Shown: positions 54,923 to 64,000 of the stretch, in pieces
How the letters are laid out: each line of letters begins with the position of its first letter
How positions within the stretch are numbered: the first letter of the stretch is position 1
Assembly (NCBI GenBank): GCA_030153935.1
Contig: JASKKX010000001.1
Location: 7,901-71,900 of the forward strand
Reading direction: 5' to 3'
Length of the DNA stretch: 64,000 bases
From: Verrucomicrobiota bacterium
GTDB lineage: Bacteria > Verrucomicrobiota > Kiritimatiellia > Kiritimatiellales > Tichowtungiaceae
Translations under genes and position numbers: made by a program
The notes under the pieces: model-generated
The model's input: the letters and a program-made list of their open reading frames with translations, nothing else
Told to the model about the DNA's origin: nothing
Database searches by the model: none

Positions 54923-56479
54923 ATGAAAACCGGATTTTGTAAAACTGAAAACCCGCACCGCAGGCAAACGACCCTGCCGACGCCCTCCGCAGGCCTGACC
55001 GCAACCGGACTGTCCGTGCAGTCCGGGCGAACCGCCATTCTGCGCGACATCACCTTTTCCCTGGCTCCCGGCGAATCCATGGCGATTACCGGTACGGCCG
55101 GCAGCGGCAAAACCACGCTGGGCCGGATTCTTGCCGGGCAGCAGCTCCCGACCTCCGGAAGACTGACCGTCGCACCGAACCTGCGCCGGCTGATGATCCA
55201 GCAGCAGGACCATTTCTTTGCTCTGGCCGGACAGCGCAGCACCTACTACGGGCAGCGCTACGAAAACCAGGGAATGGACGACTGCCCGACCGTTCGTGAA
55301 TATCTGAGTAAAACCGCCGCAGACACCTCCGAACGGATCGATGCCGTTCTGAAAGAGATGGAGATCGAACAGATCGCCGACCGAAAACTGCTGCAGCTCA
55401 GTAATGGAGAACGGAAGCGCACCCAGCTGGCGGAGGCCCTGCTTCAGCAGCCGGACCTGCTGGTTCTGGACCAACCGTTCACCGGACTGGATACCCGCTC
55501 CCGCGGAAAACTGGCCCTGCAGCTGCGGCGGCAGATGGAAAACGGCATCTGCCTGATTGTCATCTGCGATCCCGAATCCATACCGGACTGCATTCACTGG
55601 ATTCTCGAACTCGACCACGGACAGGTCCGGCAGTTTACCGCCAGAGAACGCTACATCCCCCGCGCAGATGCCGCCCCGGCGGAAAACGACGAGGCCGACG
55701 ATCCGCTATTCGAATTCCTGCCGCCGCCGGATGAATCCTTCAGCGAAATCGTCTCCATGCGCAACGTCTGCGTACAACTGAACGGCAAACAGATTTTGGA
55801 CGGCATCACCTGGCAGATCAAACCGGGGGAACAGTGGGCGCTACAGGGGCCTAACGGTGCCGGGAAAAGCACCCTGCTCAGTCTGATCACCGCCGACAAC
55901 CCGCAGGGTTACACCAACGACCTGATCCTCTTCGACCGGCAGCGCGGCAGCGGCGAAAGCATTTGGGACATCAAACGCCGCATCGGGTTCGTCTCGCCGG
56001 AACTGCATCTCTACTTTCTGCGCGGCAGCGGAATCTTCAACACCATTCCGGGACTCGATGCGACCGCCCACGAAGTGTATGATTCACTCACCTGCATGGA
56101 AGTCATCACCTCCGGATTCCAGGATGAAATCGGATTCTCCTCGCCGGCGGACGACCATCAGCTGCGCATCGCCCGCACCTGGCTCTCCATCCTGAAACTG
56201 GAACACCTGCGGGAACGGCTTTTTATCCACGCCTCACTCGGCGAGCAGCGCGCGCTGCTGCTGGCGCGCGCGCTGGTCAAATCCCCCTCTCTGCTGATTC
56301 TCGACGAACCCTGCCAGGGAATGGACAGCGGACAGATTAAGCGCTTCGTTCACCTGCTCGACCGAATCTGCATCCGGCTGCATACCACCATGATCTACGT
56401 TACGCACCGCGAGGAGGAAATCCCGCCTTGCGTGGCCCGCCGTTTTGTCCTGCAGAACGGGCGTCACCTCCCCGCATAA
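54923..56479 (+). CDS. ABC ATPase with two nucleotide-binding domains and no permease partner (ModF-like)
   Basis: Two Walker A motifs (GTAGSGKTT; GPNGAGKST), two signatures (LSNGERKR; SLGEQR) and two Walker B motifs (LLVLDQP; LLILDEP). The tail IYVTHREEEIPPCV resembles ModF. The start is uncertain (54902 or 54923). Confidence 0.75.
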   Translation: MKTGFCKTENPHRRQTTLPTPSAGLTATGLSVQSGRTAILRDITFSLAPGESMAITGTAGSGKTTLGRILAGQQLPTSGRLTVAPNLRRLMIQQQDHFFALAGQRSTYYGQRYENQGMDDCPTVREYLSKTAADTSERIDAVLKEMEIEQIADRKLLQLSNGERKRTQLAEALLQQPDLLVLDQPFTGLDTRSRGKLALQLRRQMENGICLIVICDPESIPDCIHWILELDHGQVRQFTARERYIPRADAAPAENDEADDPLFEFLPPPDESFSEIVSMRNVCVQLNGKQILDGITWQIKPGEQWALQGPNGAGKSTLLSLITADNPQGYTNDLILFDRQRGSGESIWDIKRRIGFVSPELHLYFLRGSGIFNTIPGLDATAHEVYDSLTCMEVITSGFQDEIGFSSPADDHQLRIARTWLSILKLEHLRERLFIHASLGEQRALLLARALVKSPSLLILDEPCQGMDSGQIKRFVHLLDRICIRLHTTMIYVTHREEEIPPCVARRFVLQNGRHLPA

Positions 56480-56521
56480 CGGAATTGTCTTCATAAAAAA
56501 ACCGTATTGAAAGACCCGATT

Positions 56522-57541
56522 ATGAAACGTTTAGCTGCTGAATGGGAACCGCAGGATGCCGTACTGATCTGCTGGCCGCACGAAAAAACCGACTGGGCAC
56601 CGATGCTGCCGGAAGTTGACGAGGTTTTCCTGACGATTGCCGCGGCCGTCACGCGCTTCGAAAAACTGATCGTCGCGGCGTACGACGAAATCGCCGTCCG
56701 CGCACAACTGGAACGGCGCGGAATCCGCATGGATCGGGTAATCCTCCATCAAACGGAATCCAACGACACCTGGGCGCGTGACTTCGGACCGATCACGATT
56801 AATGAAAACGGCACCCCGGTGCTGCTCGACTTCACCTTCACCGGCTGGGGCGGAAAATTCGCCGCCGCGCTGGACAACCGGATCAGCGAAGAACTCCACG
56901 CCGCAGGTGCATTCGGCCGGACCCCGCTGCGTAAAATTGATCTGATTCTCGAAGGCGGCAGCATTGAAAGCGACGGTCGCGGCACATTGCTGACCACCGC
57001 CGAATGCCTGCTCAACCCCAACCGCAATACCCAGTACAGCCAGGAACGGATCGAAGCCCGCCTCACTGCGGAACTCGGCAGCAGAAAATTCCTATGGCTG
57101 AAAGAGGGGTCCCTGGCCGGCGACGACACCGATGCACACATCGACACCCTCGCCCGCTTCGGCCCGAACGACACCATTCTGTACGTGAAATGCGACGATC
57201 CGTCCGACGAACATTTCGCGACCTTCCAGGCATTGGAAAACGAGCTGAAAAATTTCCATACATTGGAAAACCAGCCGTATCGCCTCATTCCCCTGCCCTG
57301 GCCTTCAGCGAAATTCGATGCCGACGGCAGCCGCCTGCCCGCCACCTACGCCAACTTTCTGGTCATCAACGGAGCCGTGCTCGTCCCAACCTACCATGAT
57401 CCCGCGGATTCCCAGGCCTTGAAAACCGTCGGAAAAGCATTCCCCGATCGTGAAATCATCGGCATAGACTGTTCCCCGTTGATTATGCAGCACGGCTCGC
57501 TTCACTGCGTGACCATGCAGATTCCGATCGGCGTTCTCTGA
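56522..57541 (+). CDS. aguA: agmatine deiminase
   Basis: AEWEPQDAVLICWPH, WARDFGP, DDTDAHIDT, C-terminal catalytic GSLHCVTMQ. ATG at 56522 preferred over the TTG at 56507. Confidence 0.9.
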   Translation: MKRLAAEWEPQDAVLICWPHEKTDWAPMLPEVDEVFLTIAAAVTRFEKLIVAAYDEIAVRAQLERRGIRMDRVILHQTESNDTWARDFGPITINENGTPVLLDFTFTGWGGKFAAALDNRISEELHAAGAFGRTPLRKIDLILEGGSIESDGRGTLLTTAECLLNPNRNTQYSQERIEARLTAELGSRKFLWLKEGSLAGDDTDAHIDTLARFGPNDTILYVKCDDPSDEHFATFQALENELKNFHTLENQPYRLIPLPWPSAKFDADGSRLPATYANFLVINGAVLVPTYHDPADSQALKTVGKAFPDREIIGIDCSPLIMQHGSLHCVTMQIPIGVL

Positions 57542-57706
57542 ATGCAGTTGCAACTCTCCCCTGGAAATGATTCGGCATCCCCTGCAGTTAAGACGAGCAC
57601 AACCGATGATCTTTTTTGTCGGTTTTTACACTTCTCTGCCAACGATGCTTTCGAAAATACGGTCTTTTGATTGCGAATTGAGACGGTTTCTGTAAGAAGA
57701 GTGCTT

Positions 57707-58600
57707 ATGAATCGTAAACTCAAAGTTGGGCTGGTGCAGCAGTCGTGTTCCGCGGATCGCGAAGCCACTATTGAAAAAAGCATGGCCGCTATCCGCCGCT
57801 GCGCGGCGCAGGGCGCGCAGCTGGTCGCGCTGCCGGAACTCCATACGGGCCCCTATTTCTGTCAGACGGAGGACTCGCGCGGTTTCGACCTCGCGGAGCG
57901 AATCCCCGGCCTGTCGACGGAATCGTTCGGCGCACTGGCGAAGGAACTCGGCATGGTTCTGGTGATTTCGCTGTTTGAACGGCGCGCGGCGGGTCTTTAC
58001 CACAACACGGCGGTGGTCCTTGAAAAGGATGGAACGATTGCGGGCAAATACCGCAAGATGCATATTCCGGACGATCCGGGCTATTATGAGAAATTTTATT
58101 TCACACCTGGCGATCTCGGCTTTACGCCGATCAAGACGTCGGTCGGCACGCTCGGCGTGCTGGTCTGCTGGGATCAGTGGTATCCGGAGGCCGCGCGCCT
58201 GATGGCGCTGGCCGGGGCCGAAATGCTGATTTATCCCACCGCGATCGGCTGGGATCCAAATGATACCGACGATGAAAAGGTGCGCCAGCGAGAAGCCTGG
58301 ATCACCATTCAGCGTTCCCATGCCGTCGCCAACGGCATTCCGGTGCTGAGTGTCAACCGTACCGGTTTCGAGCCGGCACCGAACGGAGCGGGCGGCGTAC
58401 CGTTCTGGGGATCCAGTTTTGTCGCCGGCTGCCAGGGCGAACTGTCGGCTCAGGCGGATGTGGACAGCGAGACGGAGCTGGTGGTTGAACTCGACGGCGC
58501 GCGCAGCGAAACGGTCCGGCGGGCGTGGCCTTATTTACGGGATCGGCGCATCGATGCCTACGGCGGTTTAACCTCCCGGTTTCTGGATGAACAGAATTGA
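57707..58600 (+). CDS. aguB: N-carbamoylputrescine amidase (nitrilase superfamily)
   Basis: VGLVQ, LPEL, YRKMHIPD, catalytic CWDQWYPE. Start at MNRKLKV. Confidence 0.9.
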   Translation: MNRKLKVGLVQQSCSADREATIEKSMAAIRRCAAQGAQLVALPELHTGPYFCQTEDSRGFDLAERIPGLSTESFGALAKELGMVLVISLFERRAAGLYHNTAVVLEKDGTIAGKYRKMHIPDDPGYYEKFYFTPGDLGFTPIKTSVGTLGVLVCWDQWYPEAARLMALAGAEMLIYPTAIGWDPNDTDDEKVRQREAWITIQRSHAVANGIPVLSVNRTGFEPAPNGAGGVPFWGSSFVAGCQGELSAQADVDSETELVVELDGARSETVRRAWPYLRDRRIDAYGGLTSRFLDEQN

Positions 58601-59624
58601 TTTTATGACTCTGAAAGACTTCGGTTTTACGCTCTGGTTCCAGAAACAAATCCATCCTGCCGACACAGAGAAGTGGAAGATCGCCCGGGTGACCGCAATT
58701 CACAAGGGCTGGTGCGATATCAGCGACGGCAATGAAACCCGCCCGGCAAAAACCACCGGGAAACTGCGGCGGGAAGCGCGGGCAGGGAACGGCTACCTGA
58801 CCGTCGGCGACTGGGTGCGCGTGAAGGATTTTGACCGTGAGGATTTTGCGGTGGTCCACTCGGTTCTGGAACGGCAGAACACGCTGAAACGCAAGACGGC
58901 GGGGCGCACGGTCAGTCATCAGCTGATCGCCGCCAATATCGACACGGCGTTCGTTGTGCACACGCTCGACAAGGGATTCAATCTGCGCAAACTGGAACGG
59001 TATCTGTCGGTTGTTTACGACAGTGAAATCGAGCCGGTTGTTTTGCTGAGCAAAAAGGATCTGCTGTCCGCCAACGAACTGAAAAACCGTCTGGCTGAAG
59101 TGCAAACCCGCCTGCCGGATGTGCCGGTTTACGCGTTCAGCAACACCACCGGTTCCGGACTCAAAAAAGTGCAGACGCTTTTTAAGCGCGGGAAGACCTG
59201 CTGTCTGCTCGGCGCCTCCGGCACCGGGAAGACCTCGCTGATCAACAGCCTGCTCGGGGAAGAGGATCTCTATTTCACCCTGCCCGTCCGGGAACAGGAC
59301 GGCAAAGGCGTCCATTCAACCACCTGGCGTGAGCTGATTGTGCTGGATAACGGAGCCTTGGTGATCGATACGCCCGGTATGCGTGAACTCGGCCACCTGG
59401 ATACCGCCGACGGAATTAATGAGACCTTTGATGAAATCACCGCACTGGCCGGAGAATGCCGGTTTAAAGACTGCACCCACGTCAACACGAAGGGCTGCGC
59501 AGTGATCGCCGCCGTCGAAGCCGGAATGATTTCAAACGAGCGCTATGAAAATTTTGTGCGCATGAGGCAGGAAACGGCGCGCAATGAACAGGCGCAGCGC
59601 GAACAGGGGTGGAAAAACAAGTGA
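58587..59624 (+). CDS. rsgA: ribosome small subunit-dependent GTPase A
   Basis: Circularly permuted GTPase. LSKKDL (G4), GASGTGKTSLINSL (G1), DTPG (G3), zinc knuckle CRFKDCTH....CAV. Confidence 0.9.
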   Translation: MNRIDFMTLKDFGFTLWFQKQIHPADTEKWKIARVTAIHKGWCDISDGNETRPAKTTGKLRREARAGNGYLTVGDWVRVKDFDREDFAVVHSVLERQNTLKRKTAGRTVSHQLIAANIDTAFVVHTLDKGFNLRKLERYLSVVYDSEIEPVVLLSKKDLLSANELKNRLAEVQTRLPDVPVYAFSNTTGSGLKKVQTLFKRGKTCCLLGASGTGKTSLINSLLGEEDLYFTLPVREQDGKGVHSTTWRELIVLDNGALVIDTPGMRELGHLDTADGINETFDEITALAGECRFKDCTHVNTKGCAVIAAVEAGMISNERYENFVRMRQETARNEQAQREQGWKNK

Positions 59625-59642
59625 TTCGTTCCGTCACTTAAC

Positions 59643-59960
59643 TTAATACAGCTGCTGGAGAATCCCGTAATAATTTTCAATCGACTGGATTGATTTCTGC
59701 ATCAGCAGCCACGTGCCCCAGCTGAGGAGAACCACCACCACGGTCCAAATGATTTTTGTGCGCCGCGTGAGGTTCGGATGGATCCAGAAAAGCGGCAGCG
59801 CCAGCGGTCCCGCACAGAGCACCGCCGTCAAAAGACAGCCCGGACGGAGGTACCACGGCCCCTTTTTTTTCTGCGTCAGGAACTGTCCGCAGAAGCGGCA
59901 GAGAACCGCTTTTTCCTGAATTTCTTCTGCACAGAACGGACACTTTTTCATGGGGCTCAA
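59643..59960 (-). CDS. zinc-ribbon domain membrane protein
   Basis: 105-aa ORF. CPFC...CRFC zinc ribbon followed by two TM helices. Confidence 0.6.
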   Translation of the reverse strand: MSPMKKCPFCAEEIQEKAVLCRFCGQFLTQKKKGPWYLRPGCLLTAVLCAGPLALPLFWIHPNLTRRTKIIWTVVVVLLSWGTWLLMQKSIQSIENYYGILQQLY

Positions 59961-60013
59961 CGATACGCTTTTGCCGATAGTTTACAACACGGCTTCCTTT
60001 TGGTTCGCTGCGC

Positions 60014-60442
60014 CTATTTGCTGACCAATCCCTTGAATCCGCCGGAGATCAGTGTGGCCAGATCGGCCAGAATCCGCGGCAGCAGGCCGGTCAGGCTGCC
60101 TGAAAAGTGAGAACGTTCCATGGCGGGCAGCGGCATCGGCAGCCAGATCTTCTTTTGCTGTCTCTTTCCAGTTCTCTTTGAGCTGATGCCGGGCTGTTGG
60201 GTCCTGGCAAAAATCAACAAACCGGATGTTTCGCGATCAAGCCGGTGAACCACGTAAGCGCGTCGATGTGAGCGCGCGGCGCCTTTGCGCAAATAATCCG
60301 TTAAAATACGTTCTGCGGTCTGCGATTTATCGCGATGGAAACTCATCGTCAGCAGACCGGCGGCTTGGTTGATCACGAGAGGATCACGATCTTCGCAGAT
60401 GATCTCCATTCCTTTGGGGCGGTGTCTGCCCGATGTTTTCAT
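60014..60442 (-). CDS. RluA-family pseudouridine synthase, C-terminally truncated (probable pseudogene)
   Basis: IICEDRDPLVINQAAGLLT and the catalytic-Asp motif VHRLDRETSGLLIFART are present. The ORF ends about 80 aa early, and no frame downstream encodes the (T)GRxHQIR motif. Confidence 0.6.
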   Translation of the reverse strand: MKTSGRHRPKGMEIICEDRDPLVINQAAGLLTMSFHRDKSQTAERILTDYLRKGAARSHRRAYVVHRLDRETSGLLIFARTQQPGISSKRTGKRQQKKIWLPMPLPAMERSHFSGSLTGLLPRILADLATLISGGFKGLVSK

Positions 60443-60450
60443 ACTGCGTC

Positions 60451-60918
60451 TTAGCAGACAGAAAGGACCCGGCCGGATGAGCCGGCCCGGAAAGAGAATG
60501 TATCGCCCTGTTTTTTCCGGAACAGCACTGCGCCGATCGGCGATTCGGGTGTAATCACCGTCACATCAAGGCCGTCAATGCACAGCTCGGTTCCCCCTGC
60601 GCAGGAAAGCAGGAAGAACAGCATCTTTTCCTTGTCCAGCTCGACTTCAATCAAAGCGCCCAAATCAATGGGCAGACCGGAAAAAACAGGCGCGGTGAAC
60701 ATACGCAGTTCATGGACATCCGCCGCAAGTGCTTTAAACTGCTGCGCGTGACCGCGCGCCAGATAGGACGACTCGAGTCCGCAGGTGTCCCACTTGGTTT
60801 CCGCGCGGGCCTCGCCGTCGATTGCGCCGGCAGATGCCTGTGAATTTGCCGCCTGCTGGCGGCGAAGATCGTTTTCAAGTCCGGCAAGAACTGCCTGCAA
60901 AAGGTCTTTTTTATTCAT
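60451..60918 (-). CDS. GreA/GreB-family protein (C-terminal Gre domain with short coiled-coil N-terminus; Rnk/GreAB-like)
   Basis: Start at MNKKDLL (ATG rc at 60916-60918). N-terminal helical region, C-terminal ...GALIEVE.....FFLL..AGG.......VTVITPESPIGAVLFRKKQGDTF... resembling the Gre C-domain. Confidence 0.7.
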   Translation of the reverse strand: MNKKDLLQAVLAGLENDLRRQQAANSQASAGAIDGEARAETKWDTCGLESSYLARGHAQQFKALAADVHELRMFTAPVFSGLPIDLGALIEVELDKEKMLFFLLSCAGGTELCIDGLDVTVITPESPIGAVLFRKKQGDTFSFRAGSSGRVLSVC

Positions 60919-60955
60919 AAATACACCGGAATCCGAAGTTTCCTGAAACGGGAAA

Positions 60956-62308
60956 TCAGCGGCGGCGGCGGGAGGGGACCGAAAAGGTCCCGTTGAAAAA
61001 TTCAATCAGATGTCCTTTTTCAACCAGCCAGCGGATCGGATTGAGAATTTCGTGCGCTTCCGGAGAATCCTTGGCCGCATCGGGACGCAACCCTCTCACC
61101 AGCTGTTCACGGGTCGATCCGGGATGCTCTGTCAGATATTCGAGGACAGCGCGAATATTCTCGGCCGTCGCGGCGGGAGAAATCGGATCGGGTTTCACCG
61201 ACGTAACAAAGTTGATGTTTTTGCCGGTTTTGAAAATCTGCAGGTGTAAATGACGAAAAGCGGCGCGCAGGGAAAAAGAAAGTGAAATCGGGAAACGGCT
61301 TTCCGCCTGCCATGCTTCACGCACCATACGGATCAGGTTGTAATCCTTGATCTTCCGTGCCAGGGACGACGGGATCACGGCGCGGGTCACCTCTTCGATC
61401 TCTGTTTCAGCCAAGTGAAGGCGGATGTACTCCTGGGCCTCAGTTAAAGAGAATTCCTTGCTCTCCCCTTCCGGCGCGTCTTTCAATCGGTAGACCGTCT
61501 TCTCAGAAGCCTCCTGTTTCCACTGTTCGACCAGCTCCTCGTCACGAACAGTTTGCACCTTTGCTTTGAAACGATCGAAAGACAGCCCCGCATACCGGGT
61601 ACGGTGGATTTCCGCCAGCCGGTCGGAATAGCTGTGATGATTGGGCGGACCAATCAGCACATCATCTATTTTTCCAATCATTGGAAAAACACCGGTCGGC
61701 GGATCAACCTGCACCTCTTCTTTTATAAAGAAATCCTCAAGATGGTCATCGATGATCTGCTGAAGAAGAACCTCGCGGTCAGTGGATACCATCTTCGAGC
61801 GTTTGCCCTGGTAGAGTTTAAAGCCCTCCGCACCGGCCATGACTTCGATCTTAACGTGGTGGCCTTTGGGATCCGAAAGGAAAAGGTTTGCAAGATCCAT
61901 CAGGGGATACGCGCGCTTGGAATGGTGAATCTGCCTGACCATGGAACTGAGCATTTTCTGATCGGGAAGAAATTTGATTTCAACCGGCAGCTCAATGAAT
62001 TCCGGCTGGGGAGCACGAGACTCTTCCCGCCGCAGCGGGCGTTCGTCCGGGCGCTCGTCCGGACGCCGCAGCGGGCGTCGCACGGGACGCTCGTCCGAAG
62101 AAGATCTTACCGGGCGCCGACGGCTTCTCTGCCCCGCAGGCGGATCGCGGCGGTCGTGCGGCGAACGGCGTGCAGGACGGCGCTCTTCGGCGGCATAATG
62201 ATTGGCCCCAGGCGCTTTTTTAGCCCACTGAGGCACAAAATTCAGATCGAGGAGGAGATCCTCATCCGGCCGTGTATTCTTTTTCGGCGAAGTATTTTCT
62301 TCAGACAT
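60956..62308 (-). CDS. hypothetical protein: about 110-aa Arg/Pro/Asp/Glu-rich disordered N-terminus with tandem repeats + about 340-aa globular region
   Basis: 450-aa ORF with consistent coding look. RRPARRSPHDRRDPPAGQRSRRRPVRSSSDERPVRRPLRRPDERPDERPLRRE N-region. No family recognised. Forms an operon-like pair with the Gre-like gene (37-nt gap). Confidence 0.7.
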   Translation of the reverse strand: MSEENTSPKKNTRPDEDLLLDLNFVPQWAKKAPGANHYAAEERRPARRSPHDRRDPPAGQRSRRRPVRSSSDERPVRRPLRRPDERPDERPLRREESRAPQPEFIELPVEIKFLPDQKMLSSMVRQIHHSKRAYPLMDLANLFLSDPKGHHVKIEVMAGAEGFKLYQGKRSKMVSTDREVLLQQIIDDHLEDFFIKEEVQVDPPTGVFPMIGKIDDVLIGPPNHHSYSDRLAEIHRTRYAGLSFDRFKAKVQTVRDEELVEQWKQEASEKTVYRLKDAPEGESKEFSLTEAQEYIRLHLAETEIEEVTRAVIPSSLARKIKDYNLIRMVREAWQAESRFPISLSFSLRAAFRHLHLQIFKTGKNINFVTSVKPDPISPAATAENIRAVLEYLTEHPGSTREQLVRGLRPDAAKDSPEAHEILNPIRWLVEKGHLIEFFNGTFSVPSRRRR

Positions 62309-62390
62309 TGCAAAACCTTTTGATTTGAATCGCCATTAGTATACGCTTTCCAGTATTTGGAAAAGGAAAAACCTACAGGAGCCGATCAAT

Positions 62391-64000
62391 ATGCCATCTG
62401 TCCCCCCCGAAGACCTCGAAAAATATTCTTCCGCCATAACGCTTTCAGATATGGAAATCTTTGTTTTCCCCGAGCTGCTCTACGCGTTGCTGCTGGCTAA
62501 TATTATGAGCCCGCTCATCTGGAAATGGCGCGACGACCCCTGGTTCGCGAAGATCGATAAAATGAATCCGCGTCGGAAAATCGACCGGCTCAAGCAGTAC
62601 ATTATCGACCACTATGAATTCAACCTCGACCTCGACACCTGGGGGCTGACCGACAAGAAAACCGAACTGGCGCGTTTCGCCCCTTTTATCGACACGGAAA
62701 CGATCAGCGCCAGCAATGCGCTTTTCGGTTACGAGGGGGATCGGCACTATTTTGATCTCGATATCCGCCGGCATTTCGGGCTCGAAAAATACGACAGCGA
62801 CATTATCCCCTACTGGAAAACCGAAACCATCGAAGCCATGACCGCTTTTGCCCGTCGCAAAGACTATCGCACCGGAGCGGGGGAATGTGTTTCGCTGTCC
62901 ACACTGTATGCCGCCGCGCTGTTCATCGTCTGCGGCATTCCCCTCGAAGACATCTTCCTGATGGCCACTCCGCTTCATTCACAGAATTTTATAGCCGTCA
63001 ACGACGGGCTGCTCACCAACAACCGGCGGATCGTCACGAAGAACATGTGGTTCAACGGAACCGAACTGACGGAAAAAGCTCAACGTGCCCTGCGCCATGA
63101 ACAGATCACCATGGTATTCAACAACACCGGCTTTGTGCACTGTGTCTATCCTGAATACACCATGGATCCCGCGCACTATGAGCGGTTCCGTAAAAAGATC
63201 GGCGACTATCTGTCCACCGAAATCAATTTTGAAATTCTGGCGAACTTCCTGCGGCAGCACTCCCGCTTCCAGAAATGCTTCCAGATCGGCCATGAGCGCC
63301 ATGGAAGACAGTGCTGGATTCCCGCCGAAAAAGCCTACGCCTACGAGCATAACAGTCCGTACAAAGTCAGCGACAACACGCGCGGAAAGCTGCTCGACGA
63401 AATCGACTGTGACGAATTCTACAGCACACAGCTCCCCGATCGTATCTGCATGGGTCGAATCGAGCAGTTTTTCAAAGATCATCCCATTCAACATTATGAT
63501 GACGAAAGTATGGCAAAGCTCGGCGAAAAGCTCGACTGCCGGAATGCACAGAAAAACGAAATGCTCGCCGAGCTGGCGCGTTTCGTCCATCTTGAACCGG
63601 AGTTTCCAGACATTGAAAACAAGCGGTCCAATCCCTGGAGAAAACTGGAAATCACCCCGGATATGAACCGGGAGGGAATCATCGAACGGATTGAATCCAT
63701 GCGTACCGAAAACCGTTCCGCCGATCTGGCTTTCTATGCGTGGCGGGATCTCAGCCGCACCGACTGGGCACCCTTCCTCAAAGCGGCTTTCGAACGCAAT
63801 CCCGTCTGTATTAAAGCGGTAAAAGATTTAAGCGACGGCTCGCTCATCCAGATTCTGACCAGCCTGCCGTCTGAATCAATTTACGACGGTCCCCGCCTTG
63901 CCCAGCCTGACGAAGTCTGGAATTACCAAACCGGCGACGGTCTTGAGAAGGCGGTCCTGCTTGCCGTTGTATGGAAAAAACGTCATCCGGATGACCCCAT
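62391..64000 (+). CDS. large hypothetical protein, possibly with a transglutaminase-like cysteine protease core; 3' end beyond the window
   Basis: Open frame from ATG 62391 (AGGAG at 62377-62381) to the window end, at least 536 codons. It is missing from the ORF track because no stop is reached. GAGECVSLSTLYAAALFIVCGIPLEDIFLMATPLHSQNF fits G.C....L..A.L...GIP....H of transglutaminase-like folds. The functional call is weak. Confidence 0.7.
   Translation, partial: MPSVPPEDLEKYSSAITLSDMEIFVFPELLYALLLANIMSPLIWKWRDDPWFAKIDKMNPRRKIDRLKQYIIDHYEFNLDLDTWGLTDKKTELARFAPFIDTETISASNALFGYEGDRHYFDLDIRRHFGLEKYDSDIIPYWKTETIEAMTAFARRKDYRTGAGECVSLSTLYAAALFIVCGIPLEDIFLMATPLHSQNFIAVNDGLLTNNRRIVTKNMWFNGTELTEKAQRALRHEQITMVFNNTGFVHCVYPEYTMDPAHYERFRKKIGDYLSTEINFEILANFLRQHSRFQKCFQIGHERHGRQCWIPAEKAYAYEHNSPYKVSDNTRGKLLDEIDCDEFYSTQLPDRICMGRIEQFFKDHPIQHYDDESMAKLGEKLDCRNAQKNEMLAELARFVHLEPEFPDIENKRSNPWRKLEITPDMNREGIIERIESMRTENRSADLAFYAWRDLSRTDWAPFLKAAFERNPVCIKAVKDLSDGSLIQILTSLPSESIYDGPRLAQPDEVWNYQTGDGLEKAVLLAVVWKKRHPDDP

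Noticed and set aside
54805-55242. N-terminal extensions offered by the ORF track for the GH3 gene (to 55242), thrC (to 40578), hisC (to 29714), the Gre-like gene (to 61005) and the histidine kinase (from 14454).
   Set aside because: The extensions are non-homologous and overlap neighbouring genes or their antisense strands. Internal ATGs with Shine-Dalgarno sequences coincide with the start of family homology or with signal peptides.
1-64000. Window-wide look for CRISPR arrays, rRNA, intact tRNAs, restriction-modification, toxin-antitoxin pairs, retron/DGR reverse transcriptases, prophage genes and secondary-metabolite enzymes.
   Set aside because: None was seen. The only tandem repeats are the 14-nt x2 at 16793-16820 and the coding R/P/D/E repeats near 62030-62080. 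No reverse transcriptase, integrase, nuclease-helicase or Cas-like ORF is present in any frame of the track.

Overview
This is a 64-kb chromosomal segment, moderately GC-rich by eye, from a Gram-negative bacterium. Gene content (Bat/MoxR aerotolerance operon, PPDK, IorAB/PaaK, agmatine deiminase route, beta-helix exoprotein) suggests an anaerobic PVC-group organism (Kiritimatiellota, Verrucomicrobiota or Lentisphaerota-like). That placement is inference only.

I recognise about 60 protein genes, mostly core functions:
- RND efflux pump (partial).
- glyQS, a DEAD-box helicase, thiL and PPK2.
- A PAS/HisKA_3 kinase with a NarL-type regulator.
- trmL and an 8-gene MoxR-DUF58-VWA-TPR-BatD operon.
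- One long minus-strand block: hisC, ACT, paaK, iorBA, thioesterase, GT2, pheA, scpBA, trpS, thrC, ilvD.
- An rpiB-glyA fusion, an ECF sigma with a putative anti-sigma, ppdK and nadB.
- A DAHP synthase, a GH3 hydrolase and a ModF-like ABC ATPase.
- aguA, aguB and rsgA.
- A GreA-like factor plus two large unknown proteins at the right end.

I found no rRNA, no intact tRNA, no CRISPR array, and no recognisable defence, toxin-antitoxin or secondary-metabolite cluster.

The accessory signal is mostly decay:
- One 1.1-kb IS-like element with 45-bp inverted repeats and a broken multi-HTH gene.
- Three internally deleted transposase relics (two IS630-like, one IS256-like).
- A dead mop gene and a truncated RluA gene.
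- A sensor kinase split by two single-base frameshifts.
- An orphan tRNA/tmRNA-like 3' end.

I did not find a convincing novel multi-gene system. The best leads are:
- The split sensor kinase with its A8 tract.
- A shared upstream motif flanking the two-component locus.
- The orphan tRNA-like end.
- The IS-like element.
- The RpiB-SHMT fusion.
- The unknown gene trio at 60.4-64 kb.

All functional calls rest on motif recognition from memory; no database search was run.
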